Shown here piece after piece: positions 1-9,000 of a stretch of 64,000 nucleotides of DNA. Within the stretch, counting starts at the first letter, position 1, and every line of letters starts with the position of its first letter. Origin of the DNA: an uncultured Methanosarcinales archaeon (GTDB lineage Archaea > Nanobdellota > Nanobdellia > Woesearchaeales > ARS49). The translations under genes were made by a program, and so were the position numbers. Location: positions 2,431 to 66,430 of the forward strand of contig CAYHOF010000004.1 in the NCBI GenBank assembly GCA_964358315.1, given 5' to 3'. The notes under the pieces are model-generated. The model was given only the letters and a program-made list of their open reading frames with translations, did no database searches and was not told the DNA's origin.

Positions 1-781
1 GCCGCGGTGGCTCGTGCTCTCGCTCGTGCTCGACGTGCTGTTCTTCGTGGTGTATGGCTTTGTCACGAGCCCGATCAAGGACAAGATACTCGAACACGTG
101 GTCGTGATCGGCAGCCTCATGTCGCAGGCAGCGCAGGAGAGCGGCTCGCGCGCGGTGCAAAGCGGCCAGAGCATCGTGGCGATGCTGCTCACGCGGCAGG
201 AGATCGCGCCCTACGTGCGGCAGGTGCTCGTGCTGTTCGTGATGCTTGCGATCGCGGGCTTCGTCACGTTCGTGCTCTTCCAGGCAGCGCTGTGGTGGGT
301 CGCGCACCGTCGTGTCGGTCCGACCCTGCCACTCCCTGACTTCATCGCGCGTTTCGCGTCGCTCACGCTCTGGTGGGGCGTGCTTGCGGCGGCGTATCAC
401 TTGCTGTCGCTGCTCGTCGACATACGGCTCGCAGTGGTCAAGACGCTCTCGTCGACGCCCCCCACGGACGCGCTTGGTGTCGTCATCATGGTCCTTGCCG
501 TCATCGCGGCGGTCTTCGCGCTCTGGACGTACGGTCGACCGCTCAACGAGTCAGGCTGGCGTGGCGCCGTTGAGGGGGTGCGATGGACGGCGCGCCACTG
601 GAGGACGACGCTTCCTGCGACCGTGTTTGTCGCGCTCGTGTTCGTCGCGATCAATTATGCCATTATCGGCCTTTCATCCCAGTCATCGAGCGCGGCGCTC
701 ATCGTCGGCGGCGTCCTCGCGGTCCCTGCGTTGAGCTGGGCGCGCGTCTATCTCGTGCTGAGAGGGAATCATGTGGATTGA
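1..781 (+). CDS. Integral membrane protein, 5'-partial. The frame is open to the window start and the ORF track begins at a GTG at 14. Multiple hydrophobic helices. Its stop overlaps the lgt start.
   Basis: No stop in frame upstream of the GTG at 14. Several predicted TM helices. 11-nt overlap with the downstream lgt. Confidence 0.5.
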   Translation, partial: PRWLVLSLVLDVLFFVVYGFVTSPIKDKILEHVVVIGSLMSQAAQESGSRAVQSGQSIVAMLLTRQEIAPYVRQVLVLFVMLAIAGFVTFVLFQAALWWVAHRRVGPTLPLPDFIARFASLTLWWGVLAAAYHLLSLLVDIRLAVVKTLSSTPPTDALGVVIMVLAVIAAVFALWTYGRPLNESGWRGAVEGVRWTARHWRTTLPATVFVALVFVAINYAIIGLSSQSSSAALIVGGVLAVPALSWARVYLVLRGNHVD

Positions 782-1556
782 CAACCTGAACCCCATCGCA
801 TTGCAGTTGGGCCCGCTGTCCATCCATTGGTATGGCGTCATGTACGTGTTGGGTTTCCTCTTCACGTGGTACTATCTGCGGCAGCGTGTCAGAGAAGGCA
901 AGCTGTCCTTGACCGAGCAGGATGTTGAGAACGCGCTCGTGTGGTTAGTGCTTGGTGTCGTCGTTGGTGGTCGGCTGGGGGAAGTCCTCTTTTATCGTCC
1001 CATGTATTATTTGGCGAACCCGTTCAAGATCATCGCGATTTGGGAAGGGGGCTTGAGCTTCCACGGTGGCCTGATCGCGTGCCTGATCGCCGGTTACTTC
1101 TTCGCCAAAAAGAAGAAGATGCCGTTCTTGGCATTCGCCGACGCGTTCGTCGTGCCGCTCGCCATCGTGCAGGCGTTCGGCAGGATCGGCAATTTCATCA
1201 ACGGCGAACTCTACGGCCGCATCACGAGCGTTCCCTGGGCGATGATATTCCCGCTCGCGGGCGACATGCTGCCGCGCCATCCCTCGCAATTGTACGAAGT
1301 GGGGTACAATCTGCTCATCGGCGCCGTCATCTTCTCACAGCGGGACAAGAAACGCCCGCACGGGTGGCTGCTCGGGTTCTGGTTCGTGCTCTACGCGATC
1401 GCGCGCTTCACCAACGAATTCTTCAGGGAACCGGAAGTGCTTCTCGGGCCGCTGACGATGGGGCAGATGTTGAGCGCGCCGATGCTTTTCATCGGGTTGT
1501 GGTTGATGTTCAGGAAAGACGCCACGCGCTACGCATCGACTATTTCGTCGTCGTGA
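771..1556 (+). CDS. lgt: Prolipoprotein diacylglyceryl transferase (Lgt)
   Basis: 261 aa with the Lgt signature segments 'HWYGVMYVLGF', 'GGLSFHGGLIA' and 'GRIGNFINGELYGR'. Polytopic membrane protein. Confidence 0.8.
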   Translation: MWIDNLNPIALQLGPLSIHWYGVMYVLGFLFTWYYLRQRVREGKLSLTEQDVENALVWLVLGVVVGGRLGEVLFYRPMYYLANPFKIIAIWEGGLSFHGGLIACLIAGYFFAKKKKMPFLAFADAFVVPLAIVQAFGRIGNFINGELYGRITSVPWAMIFPLAGDMLPRHPSQLYEVGYNLLIGAVIFSQRDKKRPHGWLLGFWFVLYAIARFTNEFFREPEVLLGPLTMGQMLSAPMLFIGLWLMFRKDATRYASTISSS

Positions 1557-2037
1557 ACCGTTCCCCTTCCACGTGGAAGAGCCGTTTGGCATCCCGGTGC
1601 GGCAGGTCGGCGTGGAGCACCTGGCCGATGAAGATGACGTGGTCGCCGCTCTCGATCTCCTTTGCGAGCGCGCATTCGGCCCAGCCTGCCGCTTCCATGA
1701 TGCGCGGGCAGTCGAGCATAGCGGACGGCGCTCGTGTCAGCCCTGCTGCCGTGAAATGGTCGTCGTGCGGCAGGTGCGGGCTCGCGAGCGCCTTTGCCGC
1801 GTCCTCGAACTCGACGCCCATGAAATTGACGACAAAGCGTCCTTCGTCGCGGATGGCGGCGATGGCTCCCTCCTGCACGGTCGGGATGACGATGAGATAC
1901 ATGGCAGGGTTCTGCGCGCATGGGGAATGCCATGTCGTGGTCACGATGTAGTCGCGCTCCGCTTGCCGCCCGAATACTGTCGTGCGGCCGCGGCAGCTCA
2001 CGAACACCATCTGGCGCGGATTGTAGAGGAGGACCAT
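1540..2037 (-). CDS. Flavin reductase-like FMN-binding domain protein
   Basis: 165 aa with an 'NPRQMVFVSCRGR...GDHVIFIGQVL' pattern typical of flavin reductase / split-barrel FMN binders. High GC3. Confidence 0.5.
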   Translation of the reverse strand: MVLLYNPRQMVFVSCRGRTTVFGRQAERDYIVTTTWHSPCAQNPAMYLIVIPTVQEGAIAAIRDEGRFVVNFMGVEFEDAAKALASPHLPHDDHFTAAGLTRAPSAMLDCPRIMEAAGWAECALAKEIESGDHVIFIGQVLHADLPHRDAKRLFHVEGERFTTTK

Positions 2038-2268
2038 CTAGATATGCCCCGTGAATTCTTCTCGTGTAATTCCCAGATCTTTCTTGATGATTTTGTTTAG
2101 CAGGCCCGGACCGATTTCTTGTCCGGCGTGGTGTGGTATCGTGGTCCGTCGACCGTCAGGGTGTTTGTAGACCATGTGGCTACCTGTCGTGTGACTATAG
2201 ACGAATCCGAATGCTTCGATGACGCGTGCAACCTCCTTGCCGGTCAGGAGGGGGAGCTTTGGGGGCAC
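2038..2268 (-). CDS. hicA: HicA-family toxin (mRNA interferase)
   Basis: 76 aa with 'GSHMVYKHPDGRRTTIPHH...IGPGLLNKIIKKDLGI', which matches HicA/YcfA-like proteins. Directly follows hicB. Confidence 0.75.
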   Translation of the reverse strand: MPPKLPLLTGKEVARVIEAFGFVYSHTTGSHMVYKHPDGRRTTIPHHAGQEIGPGLLNKIIKKDLGITREEFTGHI

Positions 2269-2478
2269 TTAGACCTCTATCTGTTGTACTCCTACGAACT
2301 GTTCAGAAACTTCAGGTTCTTCGCCTGATTCGATGTATGCTTTGATTGCTTCTTTTGTGCGGGCGATGAGATCGTCCATGGATTTCGCTTGCGTGTGGCA
2401 ACCCGGGAGTTCGACGACTTCAGAAACGAGCCATCCGTCTTCGTCCTTCTCGATGATGAGCGTGTATTTCTTCGACAT
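2269..2478 (-). CDS. hicB: HicB-family antitoxin (UPF0150)
   Basis: 69 aa 'MSKKYTLIIEKDEDGWLVSEVVELPGCHTQAKSMDDLIARTKEAIKAYIE', the HicB N-terminal fold. Abuts hicA. A TATA-like 'cttatataga' lies ~25 nt upstream on the minus strand. Confidence 0.7.
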   Translation of the reverse strand: MSKKYTLIIEKDEDGWLVSEVVELPGCHTQAKSMDDLIARTKEAIKAYIESGEEPEVSEQFVGVQQIEV

Positions 2479-2529
2479 GGTGTTCGTGATGTGACGATTC
2501 TATATAAGTATGATGGCGCACATGTTCGT

Positions 2530-3012
2530 CTATCGACGTACGTTCGCAATGAGTATCTTGTCGTTGCGTTGATCAATGACGTCGGTGACGTCGAAGACTT
2601 CGCGGATCATTCTCTCGATGGCTGCTGCATTCTTGCTTTTTTTGAGCACGCTGATCGCCACCTGGCGTCTCGTGACGCGCGCGATCTCCTGCAGCCCTTT
2701 TTTTGGGTCGTCGAAGTTGTGCACCGCGCTCACGCAGATCGTGACGTCGAACGACTTGTCGGGGAATGGGAGGTTCTCCGCATTGCCAAGAACTGTCGTG
2801 AACGGGCATTGTTTGAGTAGTTCCGTGCTCGGATCGATGCCTGTTTTGATGCCCTTCATGAACTGGCTGCCGAGGCCACTCCCGCAGCCGACGTCGAGGA
2901 TCGTGTCGCTTGCGCTTGTCTGCAGGTGCGCGGCGATGATGCGCGCTTTGTCGGCCTGCTCTTCTCCGTGCAGTGCGTTGTAGCCGGGCGCGAGATGGTC
3001 GTATCCTGTCAT
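2530..3012 (-). CDS. Class I SAM-dependent methyltransferase
   Basis: Motif I 'ILDVGCGSGLGS'. Start taken at M19 (MTGYDHL) of the 178-aa ORF-track frame. Confidence 0.65.
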   Translation of the reverse strand: MTGYDHLAPGYNALHGEEQADKARIIAAHLQTSASDTILDVGCGSGLGSQFMKGIKTGIDPSTELLKQCPFTTVLGNAENLPFPDKSFDVTICVSAVHNFDDPKKGLQEIARVTRRQVAISVLKKSKNAAAIERMIREVFDVTDVIDQRNDKILIANVRR

Positions 3013-3058
3013 GGTGCGTGTCGCTTGTCTTCGTCGTGGATGGCCGTTATCAGTGTTA

Positions 3059-3080
3059 TTAACCACTATTAGGTGGTTAA
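3059..3080. promoter_or_regulatory. 22-bp palindrome TTAACCAC-tattag-GTGGTTAA in the divergent promoter region between the methyltransferase gene and the 3112 gene
   Basis: Perfect 8-bp inverted arms with a 6-nt spacer, read directly from the sequence. Sits between divergently transcribed genes. Confidence 0.5.
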
Positions 3081-3092
3081 ATATGAGGTATA

Positions 3093-3100
3093 TTTATATA
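3093..3100 (+). promoter_or_regulatory. TATA box (tttatata) for the downstream hypothetical gene
   Basis: Archaeal TATA-like octamer 12–27 nt upstream of the candidate ATGs at 3112 and 3127. Confidence 0.45.
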
Positions 3101-3111
3101 CTCTTTGGTCC

Positions 3112-4011
3112 ATGCTGGCATCTCCAATGGCCCAACTCCCGGACAAGGGACTCGAGATCGTCAGGCAACGGCTTGAGCAACCTGTCAAGACCATCCAGAC
3201 AGCCGCGTCTATGGTGCCAGCGGTGAGCAAGTTGTACCAACCTATCATCGACGCGGGCAAACGCGTCGGCATGCGCGCCGTCGGTGCGTTCACAGAAGGA
3301 CACAAGGGCATGGCATTGGTGGTCGGAGAATACCATGATTCGGCCACGTCTGCGCAGCAATTCATGACGGTCGTCAACGACCTGATGAGTGGCGTCCAGG
3401 GTGCCACGTACGTGCTCGAGGGCCCGCCCGGCATCTACTGCATCGCCCCATCCATCGCGCTTGATGGCGCGCTCGCCTCGTTCGCACAGGATCCGGCGAC
3501 GCTCCCGGTGCTTGAGTCGATCGTGCAGAAGCACCGATTGAGCCCTCTGTGCATCCCTGTGTTGGTCAAGGAGTACGCCGCAGGTAAGAGGTCTGTCATC
3601 ATCGAAGATGGAGGGTATGATGTCGTCATGTGGAATGCTGCACGGCCTGAAGTGCTGTTGCGCGACCACTGGTCGAGCCACAAGGACAGGGTCCGCTTCG
3701 CAGACGATCCAGCAGCGGCCGAAACACAACGCAAGATCACGCAGGACCTTGCCACGGACACCGTCCGCAAGGAAGACGTGGTGTACACTGCCGCCCTTGC
3801 CGTGTATCTGACGTCGTTCATCAAGCGAGACCAGATCATCGCCCACGCCATCGCCAGCGAGGCAGCTTCTGCTCCTGTCATCTGCAAGGTCGGCATCGGG
3901 CACGTCATTGCCGGCGTCCTTTGCGAGCAATTGCCGCGCTATGGCGTCTCCTACATCGCGCTCGCGCCTGACGTGCGGGACGAATCCTTGATCATACCGT
4001 CGCTGCGATGA
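3112..4011 (+). CDS. Hypothetical protein. The ORF-track frame starts at a GTG at 3073. The likely start is the ATG at 3112 or 3127.
   Basis: Protein-like composition, unlike the R-rich antisense ORF 3094..4089. A TATA box lies upstream. Confidence 0.5.
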   Translation: MLASPMAQLPDKGLEIVRQRLEQPVKTIQTAASMVPAVSKLYQPIIDAGKRVGMRAVGAFTEGHKGMALVVGEYHDSATSAQQFMTVVNDLMSGVQGATYVLEGPPGIYCIAPSIALDGALASFAQDPATLPVLESIVQKHRLSPLCIPVLVKEYAAGKRSVIIEDGGYDVVMWNAARPEVLLRDHWSSHKDRVRFADDPAAAETQRKITQDLATDTVRKEDVVYTAALAVYLTSFIKRDQIIAHAIASEAASAPVICKVGIGHVIAGVLCEQLPRYGVSYIALAPDVRDESLIIPSLR

Positions 4012-4519
4012 GTTGCAGGCGTCGCTCAAGTTCTCCTTCGCAACCGGACGCGTCGCTCGTGATGCCGATGACGAGTTCGTGCGGCGCATTTCCTTGGGTG
4101 TAGCTGCACATCATCGACTGCCCCACGAGGTATTCCTCCATCTCAGGGGCGGCGGCGTCCAGTCTTGTGAGTGTCTTTGTGATGGTGCAGTCGCGCGACT
4201 CAAGAGTTGCTTTCCCTCGGTCGTCGATGATCGTCAACGAGGCAGGCTTGCATGCTTGTGCTGCAGCCATGAAGCAGTTCTTGTCGAGCTTGCAATCTGT
4301 CGGGAACGGCACGAAGAGCAGGATTGACGCGACCGCGGCAGACAGCAGCAGGAGAACGACCAGGATCACATACAGGCTCCGTCTATACGTCTGCGGTTGT
4401 CGCGGCAGTTGTCCGGTCGCGGGCATCCCTGATGGCATGTCAGGCAATGCTTGCGCCCGTCGACTTAGAAGTGCATTCTTGGGTGGGAGAAACGCGCTTG
4501 CCATGGGTGTATTCATCAC
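3992..4519 (-). CDS. Small membrane-anchored Cys-patterned protein (paralog A): disordered N-terminus, one TM helix, ~100-aa C-terminal domain with conserved Cys
   Basis: 175 aa. TM helix 'LYVILVVLLLLSAAVASILLFV'. C-terminal 'AQACKP...MMCSYTQG...GCEGEL' aligns with paralog B. Confidence 0.55.
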   Translation of the reverse strand: MMNTPMASAFLPPKNALLSRRAQALPDMPSGMPATGQLPRQPQTYRRSLYVILVVLLLLSAAVASILLFVPFPTDCKLDKNCFMAAAQACKPASLTIIDDRGKATLESRDCTITKTLTRLDAAAPEMEEYLVGQSMMCSYTQGNAPHELVIGITSDASGCEGELERRLQLIAATV

Positions 4520-4587
4520 GCTTGACTATAAAAATGCTGGGCTGGTGGCGTGGGCTATCTTGCGCTGGGCCCGAAGCTACCGTTCGG

Positions 4588-5058
4588 CTAGCGTGCTTCG
4601 TTGACCAGTTGCGCTGACTGCAGTCCGAGAATTGCGTCCCGTAACGTCCCGGTGCATCCTTCTGTCGTCAAGCCCTTGATGAGTGCCGGATCGAATTGGC
4701 CCTGCGTGTATGTGCAGAGCATGGTTTTTCCTTTGAAATAGTCCACAACGATTTGTGGTTCGGCAGGACCGAACGTGTCGATGCTCGTTGTCACCGTGCA
4801 CCCCTTCTCTTCGTACTTGATGATGGTGCCGTTGGCGATCTCTGAACGCAGCATGGCCGTCTCGCATTGTTGGGCCCGAGCGACAAAGCAGTCAGCGTCG
4901 CGTCCACAGTCGCGCCCACTCACGACCAGGATGATGATCGCGACAGCGGCCAGGAGCACGAATGCGACACCGATGATCACGAACGCAGGCCGTGATGGTC
5001 GTCCTGATTGCCCGGGTGAGAATTGCCCGCGGCGGGAGTTGCTGCGTGGTTCTTGCAT
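4588..5058 (-). CDS. Small membrane-anchored Cys-patterned protein (paralog B)
   Basis: 156 aa. TM helix 'FVIIGVAFVLLAAVAIIILVV'. C-terminal 'AQQCET...MLCTYTQG...GCTGTL' keeps the Cys and YTQG spacing seen in paralog A. Confidence 0.55.
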   Translation of the reverse strand: MQEPRSNSRRGQFSPGQSGRPSRPAFVIIGVAFVLLAAVAIIILVVSGRDCGRDADCFVARAQQCETAMLRSEIANGTIIKYEEKGCTVTTSIDTFGPAEPQIVVDYFKGKTMLCTYTQGQFDPALIKGLTTEGCTGTLRDAILGLQSAQLVNEAR

Positions 5059-5168
5059 TTTCTTGCTGACATCTCGTCACGCCTTAAGTAGAATCCTCTT
5101 CATCGGCGAGTGGTTGCCATGAGATAATGTATCAATGTTGTCCTTTATAAGTAGTCAAAACAGCAAGA

Positions 5169-5176
5169 TTTATAAG
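5169..5176 (+). promoter_or_regulatory. TATA box 'tttataag' upstream of the phosphoesterase gene. An imperfect palindrome AGGTGAGGAGGTCACCT follows it.
   Basis: Same octamer as at 36117 and 52968. ATG at 5208. Confidence 0.4.
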
Positions 5177-5207
5177 GTGAGGAGGTCACCTGCGATCGAG
5201 GCATACT

Positions 5208-6020
5208 ATGCGAATTCCTGTGTTCGGCGATATTCACGGTAACATCGAGGGGATGTTCTTTGCATTGCAACAATTGCAGCGGGAGCATGAAGAAAAGTAT
5301 CCCTTTGTTCTGCAGGTCGGCGATCTAGGCTACTTTCCGACACGTGACTCCGAAGACTACGCCACGCGCAGGCATGGTAAGCATAGTGAGACTGAGCAGG
5401 GTGTGCGTCAGTATCTGGCGGCATCATCGTTGTACGAACGTTTTTTCCACAGGCCAGGCGATGATGCGCTGTGCGCCAAAATATTCTTCATACGCGGAAA
5501 CCACGAGGATCGCGGCGCTCTCAAGAAACTTGAGGTTGCGCGTCCGGAGGGCGCGATCGCGGCGGATCCGTATGGTGTGCTGCACTACCTTCCGGACGGT
5601 CGTGGTATCAGCATCCCTCTGACTCCGCATGATGACCTGACGATAGTGGGTTATGGAGGGATCGCGAAAGACCATCGTCCCAAGGCGTGCTCGAAGAATC
5701 CGGACATCGCGTTTTCTGAACTAGGATTGGACCGTCTCGTCAACTATCAGCCTGGCGCCATCGATGTGTTATTGACGCATCAAGGACCTGACATGGTCGA
5801 CAAAGGCGACGTGATGATCACTATGCTTTGTGAATCGCTCAAGCCGAAACTGCACCTTCATGGTCATACTCACCATTATTCTAGGCCTGTGATGATCGGC
5901 GAAACGTCAAGCTACTGCATTGGTCTTATGCCAGCGACCCCGCGGCCTGGCACGTCGGGATTTTATGGTTTCCTTGATGGCAGAAAAAACTTCACTCTTC
6001 TTGCAAGTCCTGTACGCTGA
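5208..6020 (+). CDS. Calcineurin-like metallophosphoesterase, PPP-family Ser/Thr phosphatase-like
   Basis: 'GDIHGN', 'QVGDLGYFPTRD' and 'RGNHEDR' (GDxHG / GDxxDR / GNHE signature) plus a later 'GHTH'. N-terminal region is paralogous to the N-terminal domain of giant protein 1. Confidence 0.7.
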   Translation: MRIPVFGDIHGNIEGMFFALQQLQREHEEKYPFVLQVGDLGYFPTRDSEDYATRRHGKHSETEQGVRQYLAASSLYERFFHRPGDDALCAKIFFIRGNHEDRGALKKLEVARPEGAIAADPYGVLHYLPDGRGISIPLTPHDDLTIVGYGGIAKDHRPKACSKNPDIAFSELGLDRLVNYQPGAIDVLLTHQGPDMVDKGDVMITMLCESLKPKLHLHGHTHHYSRPVMIGETSSYCIGLMPATPRPGTSGFYGFLDGRKNFTLLASPVR

Positions 6021-9000
6021 GCCCTGAGGGAAGTTCGAGCGGCCCGTTCAGGTTCAGTGTTTGGAGCCCCTTGATGCGTATGATGTTATGGTAGCCACGC
6101 AAGTACGGGTTGATCGACTCGTGGGCCAAGGTTATCATACGGCTCAGCATCGTTGCATCAACGACCGTGCCACGCGACAGTTGGCTTGCCAGGATGCTAC
6201 TATCGATGTCTAAGAAGCGGACCTTTCCATCCTTGCCAAGCGTCATCTGGATGCCTTCCGCTCGTCGGAGCACGTCATCAGGAAGACTGGCCTCTGTTTG
6301 TGAGCGTTCGTAGGAAATCGTACGTGCGAGAAGCCTTCGTTTATCGGCTTCGTACAGTGCTCCGAGAGCACCCTCGTCATTCCCACGCGCCTCGAGCGCC
6401 GTTGCGTAGCGCTCCATGCCATCTCCTTCTCGTCGTATGAGTGTCGCCAGCCCATCTCTGTGGTGCACGTTATTGCCAATGGTGCCATCTCCGGTTTTCC
6501 AGAAGAGTATGTGCAGCTCTCCGGCTTCGTCCTCATAGACCATCCCTTTCGCGCCGAACACGCCAGGAGCGTGCTCATTGGAAAACAGTTCGTGTATGTT
6601 GTCCCGTGTTATGGTGTCGGTTGCCAATGCCGATCTTCGTGTATCTTCCCGTTCAACGCTGGTGGGTAAGGGAGTTGTGGGGGTAGGTCGTGGTGGTGTA
6701 GGTATCAGTGTCACATCGCTGAATGCGGGTTTTGTCGGTGCGCTCGTGACGTGTCGAAGCGCGGTATTGCCCTCAACGTTGTTGATGAGAATTTGGAGCA
6801 GTGCGCTTTGATCAACGACCTGCGGTTGGACTATGACCGAATCCCCTGCGACAAGACCGAATCTTTCCCTCAGCGCAATGACGAGCGACCTGTCTGTGAT
6901 GGCCTCGGAAAGTCCCAACGCGTTCACGACAAAGTCACGGTGTGCGAGGTCTGCTGCATCGAACGCCGCGACTTTTCCCGTGTTTAATTGGCGTTGGGCG
7001 AGCGTCAGCGCAGACCCGAACTTGACGATGATTTCCTCGGCAATCGCACGATCAGACTGGCTCGCATACTCGGGGTGTTCTGCGAGGAACGAGGCCTTTG
7101 CCGCAGCGAATGCCACCTCGCCGGCGACGAGCGCATCCACGAGCGCACGTTGTGTTCCCTTCGTGCGAAGAACACTGTGCAGGCTCTCCTCGATGATGGT
7201 GGCTGCGCGTTGTTTTGGAGCCAAGTCCTCGGCGATAAACGTTTCTCCGCTCACGTCAGTGGCACCCGCGACACCCTCCTCAAGAAGACGACCGGCTGCC
7301 GTTGCCTCGCCTCGGCCGGACGCTTGGTCCGTGGTGGGCGCTGGCGTCGGTGCGACCGGTGCGCTTTGAGGCGTCACGGGCGCTGGAGCCACAGGTCCGG
7401 GCGGTGCAGGCGCGACCGCACGTGGTCCTGGTGCTTCTGGCGGGACGGTCAGCGTGGCGAGAACTTGATTCTTGACGCCGAACAATTGTGCAAGCCGGGT
7501 ACTGCCAAGGAGCGTTGCTTCTCGCTCGAGCGTGAGCGTGTCACGATCACGTTTGATGATGATATCCGTGTCGTCGAAACGGCGTGTCGTGGGTTCTAGA
7601 CCGAGTATGAGTGGCAGCTTTTCTGTCACGCGCTCGCCGCGGGCGTTGGTGCCGCGATCGACGACAACAAGGATCGTGTCAAGGTGGGTGCGTTCGATGC
7701 CTGCCACGCGCCGTCCGAGTCCGGCGTCGGCCAACGCGGTGTTGGTCGTGGCAAGGAAATCACGTCCTTGTTCGTAGAAGTTTCGAAGGACGATGTCCTT
7801 GACGTTTGGTGCCTTGTCGTGCGCGAGCGCATGGCGTGTCAGTAGCATCCCTGCCAGTTGTGTCTTGGCGTTCTCGGGCTGTTGTGCGATCTCTGCGTAC
7901 ACTTGTTCGAACTCGCGGAGCCTGTCCTGTTCGAACATGAGGATTCGCGAACTGATATCGGTAAGACTGGTGTCGGGGTTTGTTGCCAGGATCTCATTCG
8001 CCAGGCGCTGGTATGCCAGCACTTCAGCGACTTGTTGCGGCGTCATGGTACTGAGTTCGCGGACTGCTTCGCTTTCCTGCATTGCATCCAAGAGCGCATT
8101 TGCTGTTGCACGGTCTGTTTGCCAGCTCGCTTCGGCCGCGGAGAGCGTCGCGCGTCCTTGTTCCTCCAACTCCTTGCGCGCCTGTTCGATTTGTTGCTGT
8201 CGCTCGGCGTCGCTCATGGGTTGTGTGGTGCGAGGCTGCGGTACGATGGGCGCTGGAAGCGTTGCTTTCTCGATGAGGCGGTAGGATTGGACGCCTAATG
8301 ATCCTGTGGGTCCATGTCTGACTAGGTACGCCTGTTGGGTGCCGTCAGGTGATTGCAGGACGATGCGTGCTGGCGCGTTGCCGATGCCGCGGAGCGTCTT
8401 GACGTAGACACCTGTCACAGCAGTTCCCACGTTGATTGTGATCGTGTCTCCTTGCGCGATGCCTGCGGCCGCGATATCGTCGCGCACCAGTTCGGCGATG
8501 AGCACGTTGGTGGACGCCTGTCCGAAGCTCTCTCCTGTCGCGGGTGCGACTGCGTTGTCTGTCGGGATGTTGCGACGCTCTGCCTCAGCATGGACGCCTG
8601 CGGGGTCGTTGATATGATAGACAGGAGCGGACACGCCCGGTCGTGATGGTGGCGTGATGGGTGCGGGTTCGGCTATGGCGATCGGTCGGGCCTGCTGAAC
8701 GTCCCGCACGAGTTCTGCGGGCGGCGTGTTGGTGGGATCGTTCGCTTGGCGTTCGACGACGGCAGCGGCTTGGGAGATCGCGTCCACATCCGTCACTGGT
8801 GCCCGGGAGACAGCTTGTGGCGGTGCGGGTTGTGCGGTGCGTGGCCGTGTCAGCGTGATGCTCAACCCCGTCATGTCGTCGACCATCTCATCAACGAGCT
8901 GGCCGTTGCGTGCTATGCCGAGTTCTTCGTGTGCCTCTTGCACCAGTTGTTGCTGGAGGCTGACGATGTCGCGGGCGGAGAGCACTGCCTGCTTCAGCGT

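Noticed and set aside
941-1951. 336-aa plus ORF spanning lgt and the flavin reductase gene in another frame
   Set aside because: R/A/S-rich nonsense translation. It overlaps two genes that have clear homology.
3094-4089. 331-aa minus-strand ORF overlapping the 3073..4011 plus ORF
   Set aside because: Extremely Arg/Ala/Asp-rich low-complexity translation, typical of an antisense frame in high-GC DNA. The plus-strand frame has protein-like composition and a TATA box.
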